Under the pieces are notes generated by a model. It had not been told where the DNA came from, made no database searches, and saw nothing but the letters and a program-made list of their open reading frames with translations. The position numbers were made by a program, and so were the translations under genes. Below are positions 40,276 through 53,699 of a stretch of 64,000 bases of DNA, one piece after another. Each line of letters starts with the position of its first letter. Within the stretch, counting starts at the first letter, position 1. This stretch comes from Leucoraja erinacea (lineage: Eukaryota): contig NC_073411.1 in the NCBI RefSeq assembly GCF_028641065.1, positions 13,950,001-14,014,000 of the forward strand, written 5' to 3'.

Positions 40276-43200
40276 TCAATATAGAAGTTGTAATGTTACA
40301 GTACAAGACAGACAGAATGTTGGTGAGAACACACTCAGAGAACAGTGCTCAGTTTTGGTTACTCTGCTAAACGAATGGTGTCATTAATCTGAAATTAGTG
40401 TAGACAAGATTTATGAGGATGTTACCAGGACTCGAAAGGCTGAGCTGCCGGGAGAGGTTCGGCAGGTTAGGGACTTTTTTCCTTGGAATGCAGGAGACTA
40501 GGGGTTGATCTTAACATCACCCTTCACCCTCCTGCTCTCCAATGAATAAACTCCTTGAAACCTTTCCTCTTCTTGCCTGGCAATCTCTTCTATACATGCT
40601 GATAATAAACCTGAACTGTAACTGAGCAGTAAAATTAAGTCTGGGCTATAATAGATGCTGGAGAAACTCAGCGGGTGAGGCAGCATCTATGGAGAGAAGG
40701 AATAGGCGACGTTTCGGGTCAAGACCCCTCTTCAGACTGATGTCGGGGGATGGAGTATATTATAGATCATCGTTCCTTTCCACTGCACCCGAGGCTAATA
40801 CAGAGAATGTTAGTATTCACTCCTATACCCAGCCTGGAGTGCCATGGATCCAATACAGCCACAATTTCCCTGGAGCCGGATAGCCTGTCAAGACGTGTCC
40901 CAAATTGATACTCCCATTATACTGCCACCAGTGTTTCCAACAGGTGGGAATGGCTGTCATCAGCAAACCTGGCCCTGGTGGAAAATTCAGGTTTTACCTG
41001 ATTCACAAACATTGTTCAGATGCGTGATTTCCCAACTCCCAAAATGAATAACAATAAACCTAACCAACACTTGTATGGGATACTAGATATTCCCACCAAC
41101 CGTTCAAGCATTAGAAATTCTCTCGGTCTCTGTTAACAGACCACTCCCACCCCCCCACCCCCCCCCCCCCCCCCCCCCCACCACCACCAACCCTCCCCCC
41201 CCCAATTGTACCTCCTCAACCATGGCTTGGCAGGTGGCATTCACAGCCAAGTCAAACAACTATTCTGCTCCAGTAACTTAAGCAGACAATTTTGATAGAC
41301 AGTGCGATGCAATACTAAGGATATGTTCACCCTTGAGTCCCCATCCCCCTGCTGTTGCCTCACAGGGGGAAATTTGAGAATGGTTACAGCTACCTCAACT
41401 CTATTGCAACATCTCAAATCCTTCGTCCATTCAGCAGAGGTTGGAGGACAAAAATTTGTTCTTTCACTTTCCTGGATGTGAGGATCTAAACAGCAAATGG
41501 ACAACTACACTTGTTCATTTTAAACCCTCCATAGAAACCCAGTGGCTGCAACATTCAAGGTGCATCAAAGACTCTGGGAGAATTTGAAATCACAGACTTG
41601 ATCATTCATAGAGGTGTACATAGTTTGATACAGTGTGGAAACAGGCCCAACCATCCATAATGCCCCATCTACGCTCGTCCCACCTGCCTTCTTTTGGCCC
41701 ATATTCCTCAAAATCGATCTTATCATCTTATCCATGTACATAATCAAATATCTTGTAAATGTTTTTATAATACCTGCATCAATTACCTTCTCTAGCAGCT
41801 CAAGTCAAGTCAAGTCTCAATTACCTTCAGTGAAATGAAAGTGGCAATGAAAGTGGCAATGAAAGCTCGTTCCATACCCACCACTCTCTGTGTGAAAATG
41901 GTGCCCCTTGGGTTTCTATTAAATCTTCCCCCTCTCAGCTTAAGCCTGTGTCCTCGATGTCATTCCTTGTTTTAAGGAAGACACTGGGAGCCCAGTGGAT
42001 GGTACGGGTAAAATAACAAGGGATTTAATGAGCCATTCACGTAAGGAAGAAATGAGTGCAAGAAAGCCTGTATACATCATCCTTGCTGGCGTCTCAGTCG
42101 CTGGAAAAAGGCTTGGGGAAATTGGAGAATGATTACAGCACACGGTCTCACACCGACCTCTGCATGAATTATGCAGCTTACTGGCAGAGGCACCACTTTT
42201 CACCGGCATATTCTGCTCAGCGAGCAGTAGAGCTGCACGTCTCCATTACTTCGATAACTGGATGAAGTAAGTCGCGATGTGAACGAGGGCGAGCACTGAT
42301 GTTTAAATCAGAAATACACCAAAATGCTGCGCAGAGCTGCAATCAAAGAAACGGGCCCCACATCGAAGTTGAAAGAACTACAGGCAGCATTGCATTACGG
42401 AAATTTGCCCTTACAGATTTCACAAATTGCTACTCAAAAATGGTTGACTCTTTGGGGTGCATCTGCACTTTACAAATCTATTTCCCACCACAATCAATAG
42501 CACATCATTCTGCCTACAGAAACACTGCAACAGTACACCCTTATATACCCTGCTCAGTCATTTTCACTTGCTAAACGAAATAACGTCCAATAGTTCATCA
42601 TCATCAATGTTCGGAGCATGCTGGATTATCAGAACTTTATTGCCCTCCCCAAGGACAACAAATAATCAAATGCCTCACCTTACCCGTTTCAACCATTACT
42701 CTCCAGGCTGTGTCCTGCCCCTCCTCTCTTCCAGCTTTCTCCTCCTCCCCAACCCCCAGAATCAGTCTGAAGAAGTGTCTCGATCCAAAACGTCACAAAT
42801 CCATGTTCTCCAGAGATGCTGTCCGACATGCTGAAGCACTCCAGCACCATAAGTCAGCATCAGCAGCTCCTTGTTCCTCAACCAAATGCTTCTGCTGGGG
42901 CATCTAAATCATCAGGATGCTCGGTATCAAACATAGCTGAGAATCAGCACAACACCAAGTGGAGCGTCTCCACCCACAACACTAACCAGCAATTGTAGTA
43001 AAAATGAACTTTATGGGAAAATGCAAAATAAAGGAATGGAAACAAAGCTGTGCTTACATCACATAACGTGTGTGGTTGTGAGTTGAGCAAGGTGCATTCA
43101 CCAACTACATTTAACTCAGGGATACACCCTAAGGTGCAGCACAGGGTTGCAGGTAGCATGAAATTGGCAATGAACCAGCAGAGCAAAAACATGGTTAAAT

Positions 43201-45972
43201 AAACAGGTTTTCAAAGATAGTCTGGTTGTGGGGAGATGTGTGAAAGGAGCTCCTCAGCTGACACCTCTCGTCCCACAGATCCTGGCCGACCTGCCCAGTT
43301 GGGTTTTATTGCAACTTTGAATAAATGAATATTGATATTTTTAGTCATGAAGACAAAAACGTTAAACATATGAACAACAGCTGGTAGAGCTGCTGCCTCA
43401 AAGCACTAGAGATCCAGGTTCCATCATGACCGACAGAGCTGTCTGTGTGGAGTTTGTATGTTCTCCCGATGACTGTGTGGGTTTCCTCCCATATCCCAAA
43501 TATGTGAAGGTTGTTTGGCCTCTGCAAACTGCTCCTAGTGTATGTAGGGAGTATATGCAAACATGGGTAACATAAAATTAGTGTGAATGGGTGAACGATG
43601 GTTGTTGTGGACTTGGTGGGACGAAAGGTCTGTTTCCATGCTATATCTTTTAATAAAAAACCATATTCAATTTTTTACCAGACATTTAGTCAGTCATGGT
43701 TTCTTTATAAATATATGTTCTTTGATAGTTTGACAGCACAAATTGTCTGAAAACATATATAAAGTTCTTACAGACTTAACGGCAGCCTGGATGTTTGATT
43801 GTATCAGCATCCCATCAAGGGTTTTAATGCAGCACATGTTTTAATATTAACATTCATTTGAAAAGTTTGGCTTTAATTTCATCATTTATAATGGTCAAGT
43901 TTTATCTCCTTACCTCAACTCTAAATTGTAGACACAAGAAACTACAGATGCTGGAATCTTGAGCAAAACACAAAGTGCTGGAGGAACTCAGTGGGTCGGG
44001 CAGCATCTGTGGAGGGAATGGACACAGGACGTTTCGGGGCGGGACCCTTTTATTTAGCCAGCAGTGTCCTCAATTAATAATTATCTAGCTCGTCATTTGT
44101 ATTAGGATTAACGTTATTTCAATATATTTACAATGATATACTTTTAAAAGTCTTGATGTCCTTCAGTGCCTGGGAAATTTAAAAATACTCATACTTCTTG
44201 GTTTTATTTATTTCTGTTAAAACCAGAATGGAATTTGCAAGGACTACAATCTATTTACAGGTACAATCACTAGTTATTAATTAACTTAAAAACTTTGTTT
44301 CAATGAAAAATAAACTTCATATTTTGCAGCAAACTAAATACACATTAAAGCTCTGAAGGAAATTGATCTATGAAAGAATGCTGTAGCTGGGCAAGTCTGC
44401 AATCTGACCATACCAAATAAAAAGCCTTGTTCCCAGTCTGCAAATTCAAGTTACTGAGAAAACAAAACTCATTTGACACGCACTTCAGTCAGAAAAAGGG
44501 TCCCAACGCAAAACATTATCTGTCTATTTTCTCCATTAGATGTTGCCTGACCCACCGAGTTCCTCCAGCACTTTGTGTTTTGTTGAAGATTTCAGCATTG
44601 AACTCAATCTCAGCAAAGCCTTGGTTGTGTCAGGAAGGTTTTCTAAACCGTGTACAATCTAGCAAGCAGATTGTTTCAGAAGAATTAGAGGCTGTGGATT
44701 TTGCCCAATCAAACTGTACAATTGAGCAATGGTGAACTTCCTGCTGAGTCCATTTCCTTGGCTTTCTTTCTGATTCAGAGGTTTCAGGGCCTGACAAAGA
44801 CATAGATCTGGTCAGCCAGATGCAGCCCATAACATCAGATCCTTGGCCAAAACCCAAGCCAGTTGACTGCACGACCACCAATGGTCATAGTCAGAGTCAT
44901 ACAGCAGGGAAACAGGCCCTTGGGACCCAACTTGTCCAAGCTGACCAAGATGCCCCATCTTCGCTACTCCCACCTGCCTATGCTTGGCCCATTTCCCTCC
45001 AAGCCTTTCCTACCCATGTACCTGTCCAAATGCATTTTAGATGTTGTAACTGCTTCAATTACCTTCTCTGGCAGCTCGTTCTAGATACCCTCTACCCTCT
45101 GTATGAAAAATGATGGCCCTCAGGTTCCTATTAAATCTCTCCCCTTCACCTAAATGTATGTCCACTGGTTCTTGATTCCCCTACTCTGGGTGAAATAGTG
45201 ATTAAGATCAGAAAAACATTCAAGTGTCCACACAGAGGAACATAGATTTCAGGAAGTTTTCCTTCAGTTGACAGAGAAATTGCTTTGTTGCTGGGCCGAG
45301 TGTAAGACAGGTCAACAAACACAGGAAACAACAGCGAATGGACCTGGAGATCTCTCGCAAGTGTGTTCAAACTCTACGCCTCTAATTCCTGGAGACCGTA
45401 AGAAGATTGTTAGGTACGCAGATTGAAGGTGTAGCACCAAATGAACTGAGGAGGATCATCACAATACACTTTAGAGGTAGAAAGGCATCCAGTCTTGGTG
45501 AGGAAGCGCAAATGCTCAAATAGAAAGCTGAGGTTGCACAAGATGATTACAAGGGAGGAGGGCGATGGGCTCGAGATTACAGCTTCAGTCATATTATCGA
45601 AAACAGCAGCCCGACCGGGCTTGGATATGTCACAGCACCAATGGAGTGGTCATAAAGATGATCGGAGATTTTGAGCATCACTTATTAAAAATACCCCGGA
45701 AAGATTGTGCAGAAAACGTAAGAATTTAAGCACAAATGAGCAAGTGAATCATGTTTTGATAGAAGTTTAGAAATGTTCAGTGTCTGGTGGACACTCTGAC
45801 GCTCCAGAGAAAACAATTCAAGACTGTTCAACCTCTCTTTACACCCAATACCTTTTAATCCAGGGAACATCCTCCCCATAGCCTCTGTGTCCATCCTATA
45901 ATGGAACATGCACAACTGCACACAATACTCCAAATGCAACCTAACCAAAGTTCTATAATATTGCAACGTTAC

Positions 45973-46186
45973 TTGTGTAGGAAAGAACTGCAGATGTTGG
46001 TTTATATCGAAGATAGACACAAAATGCTGGAGTAACTCAGCAGGTCAGACAGCATAGCTGGAGAAAAGGAATATGTGACGTTTCGGGTCTGAAGAAGGGT
46101 CTCGACCAGAAATGTCACCCGTTTCTTTTCCCCAGAGATGCTGCCTGGCCCGCTGAGTTATTCCAGCATTTTGTGTCTATCTTCGC
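45973..46186. mobile_element. Penelope-derived fold-back element nested in a CR1 fragment
   Basis: Inverted arms around CTGAAGAAGGGTCTCGACCAGAAATGTC; imperfect TSD TGCAACRTTACT. Confidence 0.65.
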
Positions 46187-47807
46187 TGCAACATTACTAC
46201 CCGTCTCTCATATTCAATGCCCCAAACAATTAAGGCAAGTATATGTACACCTTCTTCATCACTCCATCGACTTGTGTTGCTACTTTATGGACAAGGAATC
46301 ACTATAAATAATGCGTATATCTTTTGAAAGTTCAGAAAAAAACCATGGAAGACTGGAGATTAGGTATGCCGATGAATACTCTTAAACTTCTACACGTGTA
46401 CAGTCAGGAGCATATTGACAGGTTCTATGACGGTCTGGTTCATCCACTCAGGAAGGCAGGAGATTGGAGGTACTGTTTTAAAAACCAGTCAGTACCAAAG
46501 GCACACGCCACCCTGGCCATGCTCTCAATTCACTCATATCATCGGAAAGAAGGTAGAGTTGTCTGAAAACCGCGATCACCCGATTCAAGAATAGCTTCTT
46601 CCCAACCCCCACCGGGCTCTTGAACACTATAGAAGACTTACCTCAATTATTAACTATAAACTGTCCTTGGTTGCACTGGGGACTTTGGGAGGGCTTTTTG
46701 CACTAGTGTTGGCATTATTAATTTATTGATTTTTTGTTTATTATCTATTATGTTCACGGTCCTGTTATGCTGCTGCAAGTAAGAATTGCTTTGTTCCATT
46801 GTCAATATTTATAACTATTAAACACTCTTAAACTCTCTCAAGTCCAGTTTCTGACAGCTAGGACCCAATCATCAGATATTAATTACTGACCCAATATCAC
46901 TCCTGCCCTAAAGGTGTTGGTGACCTCTATTCAGCACAGTCCACCAGTACCAAGAAGCTGGTAACAAATGCTGCCTGTCCCGCTGAGTTACTCCTGCATT
47001 TTGTATCTACCTTTGATATAAACCAGCATCTGCAGTTCTTTCCTACACACCCTGCTAGCTCATGTTGGTAGATACAGCTAGCCAGTGCATGTAGTCTCTT
47101 TGCTCATATCGGTTTCTCAACTTGCAGCCAATGATATACCTACCACCCTTTTCACACAACAGTTGGTGGGTACATCAAAGGAGTTGCCGGAGGCAGTAGT
47201 TGTGGCAGGTATTGCCACAACATTTAAGAAACATTTGGATAGATACATGGACAGGATAGGCTTAGGGCGATATGAGACAAATGCAGGCAGTTGGAACTAT
47301 AGTTGAGGGATGTAGGTCTGTTAGGGCAAGTTGGGCTGAGGGGCCTGGTTCCATGCTGTACAACTCTATGCCTTCTTACCCACCTCACCCATTTCCACCT
47401 ATCATTGGCATGGCCTGGTCCTGCCTCTCTTCACCCCCCCCCCCCCCCCCCCCCCCATCGAAATCAGTCTGAAGTTTTGGACCCGAAATATCACCTATAT
47501 ATTTTCTCCAGAGAAGCTGCCTGACCCGCCGAGTTTTTCTAACATTTTGTGTCTATCCCAACATGAAAAGTCACATATCTATGTTCTCCAGAGACGCTGC
47601 CTGATCCAGCATCGGCAGTTCCTTGTTTGTGCCCTCATTGTTTGGTGACCAAGAACAACCCAAGCAAACACACTCATCAGTCACAGGACCAAAGAGCGAG
47701 GAGGAAGCTCTCCAGAACCCACAAGCCATAAAAAGTAAAAAAAAATGCAGCACAACGTCTTAAAATTAGCTATTCAACCAGTCTCAGAGCAGCATTAAAA
47801 CTCTCAC

Positions 47808-49188
47808 CTTGTTTGAACTCTTCCAACATTGTATCCAATCTGGTGTCATAGAAAACAAAATGTAAAGAGTGGTTGTAGAACCTGGTGATTGTCTGAAGAG
47901 GGACACAGTCATCAGGGTCGACAAAAGCCAAATCTTTCACGTACAGGATGTCAACAATGTTGGATTTCTCGTGCTCGTACACGGGGATCCTGGTGTAACC
48001 CGTCTCCATGATCTCAGACATTGTACTAAAATCCAGGATGGCATCCTTGCTCACCATGAAACAGTCGCGAATGGGGGTCATGACATCCTCCACTGTTTTG
48101 GTCCTCAACTCCAAAGCCCCCTGGATCATGTTTAGCTCGTCCTTATCCAGCCCATTGTAAGGCCCCGTCACCTTCAACATCTCCAGGATCTTCTCGCGGC
48201 TGTACACCTTGCCGATCTCCTGCCCCAGGATAAGGTCCAGCAACTTGCTGATGGGGTAGGACAGGGGGAAAGTGAGGAGCATGAAGAACTTGGTTAGGTT
48301 GATGGTCTTGGCTCCCACTGCCAGGCCGTGTCTGGAGCACAGCGCCTGGGGGACAATCTCACCCAGGATGACGATGCCGATGGTGGAAGTCACCACGGTG
48401 AGCCAGCCGGAGCCCACCATGTCATCTAGCAGCACGGTGAGGGTGGTGTTGACCAGCACGTTGCCCAGCAGCAAGGAACACAACAGGTAGTTCCCCTTAC
48501 GGCGGACAGGCTCGATGCATTTGGCGTGGTGGCGCTCGGCGTCGGTGCCACAGTTCTGGACGATCCTCAGCTCCATGGGGTCCAGGGCCATGAGGCCCAG
48601 GTTGAGGCCGCTGAATATGCCCGAGAGGGTGAGCAGCATGATGGTGAGGATGATCTGCAGCCAGAGCGGCATCAGCGAGTGTTTCTGCTCCAGCACCATG
48701 ATGCGGGTGTCCTTGCCCGGGTGCAGCATCCACACCGAGCCGTTCGAGGTGCACAGGACGAACAGCTTGGAGTCCTCGTTCTTGCGCAGCGGCCGGACCC
48801 GCAGTTCGACGACGACCGAGGTGTCGCGGTACACTTGCACCTGCCGCGTCACCTCGATGTCCTTGGAGCGGTGCCTGCACAGCTCGCCGTCGTCGTCCGT
48901 CACGTTGGCGCCGGCATCCACCTCGGCGAACGCCAGCCAGCTCCAGCTGCGGCTGTTCAGGTCGGTGCCGAAGAGCCGCAGCTTGACGGAGCTGCCCTCG
49001 GTCACCTGCAGCGCGCCGGGCTCCGACAAGGCCGCAGCCTTGGCCACCGATTGCTGCGGCTCCGCCATCTCCGCCGCGTTCTCCAGCCTCAGGCCCGAGA
49101 TGATGCCGATGCCGGCCCCGGCCCGGCGCACCGCCGAGTGTAGCAAGGCCGCCAGGAGATAGCAGCAGCCGCGCCTCAGCCTCGCCAT
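47808..49188 (-). CDS. CNNM4: CNNM4 exon 1 (signal peptide, extracellular domain, DUF21, CBS1)
   Basis: Kozak ACAACATGG; MARLRRGCC...[26 protein letters not shown]...[18 protein letters not shown]...GYTRIPVYE...LEEFKQG; G|GTGAGA; 1381 nt, phase 1. Confidence 0.93.
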
Positions 49189-49260
49189 GTTGTGCCGCTG
49201 GGCAGCATCGCTTTCCCCCCCCCCTCCTCCCCCCCCGCCGCCCGCCCCCGCCGCGCGGCC

Positions 49261-49746
49261 GCCCACCTCCTGCTCCCGCCCCCCACTAGTCCCGCCCTCA
49301 CCCCCTCCCATTGCCCGCGCCCCACGTCGCTCATACCCTAAACACGTCCATTGGCTCATCCGCCCGCCGCTCACCTAAACCCCGCCCCCAAACTAATCCC
49401 GCCCACCCCCCCCCCACTAGTCCCGCCCCCACCCCCTCCCATTGGCCGCGCCCCACGTCGCTCATACCCTAAACACGCCCATTGGCCCGTTCCCAGGTCG
49501 CCCGCCCTTCCATTGGCTCATCCACCCGCCGCTCACCCAAACCCCGCCCCCCCCACACTAATCCCGCCCACCCCCTGCTCCCGCCCCCCACTAGTCCCCC
49601 CCCCTCACCCCCCTCCCATTGGCCGCGCCTCACGTCGCTCATACCATAAACACGCCCATTGGCCCGTTCCCAGGTCGCCCGCCCTTCCATTGGCTCATCC
49701 GCCCGCCGCTCATCTAAACCCCGCCCCCACACTAATCCCGCCCACC
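49261..49746. repeat. GC-rich triple tandem repeat in the CNNM4 promoter (periods about 131 and 174 bp)
   Basis: ACTAGT anchor at 49285, 49416 and 49590, each followed by CCCATTG..CGCGCC.CACGTCGCTCATACC..AAACACG.CCATTGG...CTAATCCCGCCCACC. Confidence 0.9.
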
Positions 49747-52419
49747 TTTTCTCCACCAATCCACACCACGCCTCGGTCAACCACTTTAACCCATTGGTCC
49801 AGGCCGCTGTCAATCATGAGGCGGAGGCGGGTGGTAAACAAACCAGCCACCAATTAGCGTCTGGATGTGCCGACGCCCCGCCCCCTACGGCCATGCCCCG
49901 CCTTCCTCCTCTTGTCATGGTTCAGTGGGGTACACAAGTTCACCAGTGACAGGAGTAAAATTAGACCATTCGGCCCATCAAGTCTACTCCACCATTCAAT
50001 CCTGGCTGATCTATCTCTCCCCCCTAATCCCATTCTCCTGCCTTCTCCCCATAACCTCTGACGTCTGTACTAATTTGATTTAGAGTTAGATTTAGCTCTT
50101 CGGGCTAAAGGATTCAAGCGATATGGGGAAAAAACAGGAGTGGGATACTAGTTTTAGATGATCATCTATGATCATATTGAATGGTGGTGCTGACTCGAAG
50201 GGCCGAATGGCCTATTGCTGCACCTATTTTTCTATGTTTCTAATGTCTTGTCGCGACATCCATGACAATGGAGAGTATTGACAGAGTCATTACTATGGGG
50301 TGTGTAGGAAGGAACTGCAGATGCTGGTTTAAACCGAAGATGGACATTCATTTGATGAATATTCATTCATTTGTTCTATATCTTAGTTTAGTTTTGTTTG
50401 TAGTCACGTGTACCGAGGTGCAGCAAAAAGCTATTTGTTGCATTCCCCTACTCTGGGTAAACGACTGTGCATCTATTCCTAGGTGCCTGGGAATCCTGGG
50501 TGCCTGATCCAGCAGCTCCAGACCAAACTCGGCTTAATCAGTGGTCTACTTTAACTACACCCAGCCTGAGTGAGTGACTCATTCATACCTTGGGGCAAAC
50601 TGTTTTGTACAACTTCATTGGATGGCCTTATCCAGTCTGAGACTTCAGCGATACACTGCCATTGACAGATAAGGACATTATTATTATTGAATAAAACAGT
50701 TTTTCTTTGAAGGTTCAAAGGTATGTTATTGACACATGTACTAATTAAGGTAAAGTGAAACTCAATTTACCATACAGTCATACTAGAAAAAGCACCAAGA
50801 CACACAACTACATAAAATAATTACATAACAACTTTAGAATGTAAACTTGTTGAAGTGGAAAGATGCCTTGAAGGTGTGGCAGCTTATACAAAGAAGAATG
50901 AACAGCAACAAAATAGATAGAGCTATTAAAGAGAGTTAAGTCAAGGGATATGGGGAGAAGGCAAGAATGGGGCACTGATTGTGGGTGATCAGCCATGATC
51001 ACAGTGAATGGCGGTGCTGACTCGAAGTGCCGAATGGCCTACTCCTGCATCGATTGTCTATTGTAAAACACTGGAGAAGGTGTTTATGTGTGTGTGTTTA
51101 ATATTTGGACTCCTTTTCAAGACTAAGGACAGGTTAATTGAATGATCAAAACTGAATATTCCATCATAATTGAATGATCAAAACTGAATATTTCTCATAA
51201 ATATGACATATAAGTTTGCAATTTTTTTTTTCTTTAGAAATAAAAATTCTAACGTGTTCCAGCCTATTAATTACTTTTTGGTCTCCTTTCTTATGTAAAA
51301 GAGGCCTGCAATGTGCATTCTAAAAATAACAATGTTTAACTGCAGATGCTGGAAAAATTGAAGGTAAACAAAAAAGTTGGAGAAACTCAGCGGGTGAGGC
51401 AGCATCTAAGGAGCAAAGGAATAGGCGATGTTTCGGGTCGAGACCCTTCTTCAGACAGATAATCTTTTTTAATTACCTAAAATCAGGAAACTTGTTTGAA
51501 ACCAGCTTCTCTGTTAGTTTCTTTACTTATTGGTTATAAAAATAGAAATGGAAAACAATGATTAAAGTTTGTTGTAACCACAACTTTAATATGAGGCTTT
51601 TAACCAAAGGAGAGCAATGAAGCAACATTTGATGTGGATCTACAGAGGATATTAGAAAGGGTGACCAAAATGTTGATCCAAGAGATAGCTTTAAGAAACA
51701 TCTTAAAAAAGTCTAACGAAATTGGGTATTCGGAGATCATGGCCCAATACCTAAGAATACAGTAAGAATATAAAAACATAAGAATTAGCAATATGCCCTT
51801 CGACCAAATTGTGAAGCCAGTGGAAAGAATATAGATGGCTGGGGAGGGAGAGGGGAGAATGGATGTAAGTCCAGGTCGGGCACAAGGAAGAGGGGTGTGG
51901 GTGGGGAAAGGAGGGTTGTTTGTCAGTAGTTACCATTATAAGCATCCTTAAAGGTTTATAGAACCATTATAAGCACCCTTATATTTAAAATAAATTTATT
52001 TTTCACAGCAAATAATAATCTCTAACTAACCAGCCATTCAGAAAATAGGTCTTCCACCATGTTCAAAGCTCTTCAACCCAGTTAGTTCTTCTGACCCACA
52101 GAGTCCCAGCTATTGCTTTCTCACTAATTCCATTTAAAAGTATCTGCACAAGCAACTTTGTTACAGTGTCACATCCTGAATACTATTGGATAAGTAACAT
52201 TTAACTGTGGAAATCAAGTACTAGTTAGAAGCAAAACTGTGTTCCATGTAGTTATTAAAGATAATTAAAGAGAGCATGTTCATCAGCACTAGAATTTATT
52301 TAAGTGGTTTTAATTTTACCCATTTCCTTGTACATCGTCTGCTTTGATCTGTCTTTTTCACATCTTACCCTTCAACATCTCTAGTCTCTCTCTCCCCTGA
52401 CTCTCAGTCTGAAGACGAA

Positions 52420-53000
52420 TGGGCGGGACATAGGTAGAATGATGGACGCTGGAGCGGGCCAATCGTCGGGCAGGGTTTCCGGAGCGGGCGGGATGCAGTA
52501 TCTCTTTATTTCGGGGCGGGACATAGGTAGGATGATGGACGGCACAACGGACCTATCGACATGCGGTATCTCCGGGGCGGGACATAGGCAGGATGATGGA
52601 CGGCACAACAGACCAATCGACATGCAGTATCTCCGGGGCGGGACATAGGTAGGATGATGGACGGCACAACAGACCAATCGACATGCAGTATCTCCGGGGC
52701 GGGACATAGGTAGGATGATGGACGGCACAACAGACCAATCGACATGCAGTATCTCCGGGGCGGGACATAGGCAGGATGATAGACGGCACAACAGACCAAT
52801 CGACATGCAGTATCTCCAAGGCGGGACATAGGCAGGATGATAGACGGCACAACAGACCAATCAACATGCAGTATCTCCAAGGCGGGACATAGGCAGGATG
52901 ATAGACGGCACAACAGACCAATCGACATGCAGTATCTCCAAGGCGGGACATGAATGGGCTGATGGACGGCGCAAGTGACCAATCCTCGCGCAGGAATGCC
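52420..53000 (+). repeat. 61-bp minisatellite upstream of LMAN2L (7 near-perfect copies, 52513-52939, plus diverged end copies)
   Basis: Unit GGGGCGGGACATAGGYAGGATGATRGACGGCACAACAGACCAATCGACATGCAGTATCTCC recurs at 52513, 52574, 52635, 52696, 52757, 52818 and 52879. Confidence 0.95.
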
Positions 53001-53085
53001 GAGGCAGGCCAGCCAGCGGCCAATCAGATGCGGCGTGATGAGGGATTGTCCCGCCCTCTTTCGGCCGCCCCTCCATTGAAACAAG
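52950..53085 (+). promoter_or_regulatory. LMAN2L proximal promoter
   Basis: CCAAT at about 52979 and 53020, GC boxes at about 53050-53070, CpG-rich, directly upstream of the ATG. Confidence 0.7.
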
Positions 53086-53218
53086 ATGGCGCCGTCATGG
53101 GGACCCTGTCCTGTGGTGATGGCTTTACTATGGCTGGCTTTCTGCAGTCGGGGCCACACTGACTCGGGGACGGAGGAGTACTTGAAGCGGGCGCATAGCC
53201 TGACAAAGCCCTACCAGG
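53086..53218 (+). CDS. LMAN2L: LMAN2L (VIPL) exon 1, signal peptide
   Basis: AAGATGGCG; MAPSWGPCPVVMALLWLAFCSRG...EYLKRAHSLTKPYQG; G|GTAAGA; 133 nt. Confidence 0.92.
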
Positions 53219-53699
53219 GTAAGAGCTCCTTCATGTGCACTTTACTGTCAGCAAATCCAATATATTGCTCGCCAATTCCCAGTTGGCGTATTGGCTCTGG
53301 AGCAATCACCTGGGAACACCAGTCAACAGGTTCGCTTGCCTATTGCATGGAAACTTGGTTAGGTCACACCGCGATGGATTGTATGCGTGTGTTTCTGATG
53401 TACAAAAACACTGGAGCATTTGGAGCACTGTGTACAGTTCTAGTGGCCACATATCATTAAGAATGTACAGGATTTGGAGAGGGTTCAGAACATGTTTTAC
53501 CAAGAAACCAGCATCTGCAGTTTCTTATCTCCCTTTTACCACGATGTTGCTGGGATTGGTGCATATTAAGAGATATAGTATGAGAAAAATACCATTTGGT
53601 CCAACGTCTCGATGCCATCTGAGGTGTCTCATCTAAGCTAGTGTGCCTTTACCCACGTTTGGTCCATATACCTCTAAACCCTAGACACAAAAGAGTGCT

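Noticed and set aside
48497-49162. Long antisense and alternate-frame ORFs over CNNM4 exon 1 (and similarly CNNM3 exon 1)
   Set aside because: Shadow ORFs expected from GC-rich coding sequence
49189-49374. N-terminal extension of the 534-aa ORF (MSGGR.../MGGGEGG...)
   Set aside because: Lies in the low-complexity promoter repeat; the ATG at 49188 has a good Kozak context and begins a signal peptide
49440-53030. ERSE or ERSE-II stress elements in the promoter arrays
   Set aside because: CCAAT and CCACG are present but not at the required N9 or N1 spacing
52381-53159. Repetitive ORFs of 156-217 aa and a CRISPR-like look
   Set aside because: Translations of a 61-bp tandem repeat; no unique spacers, no cas genes, eukaryotic DNA
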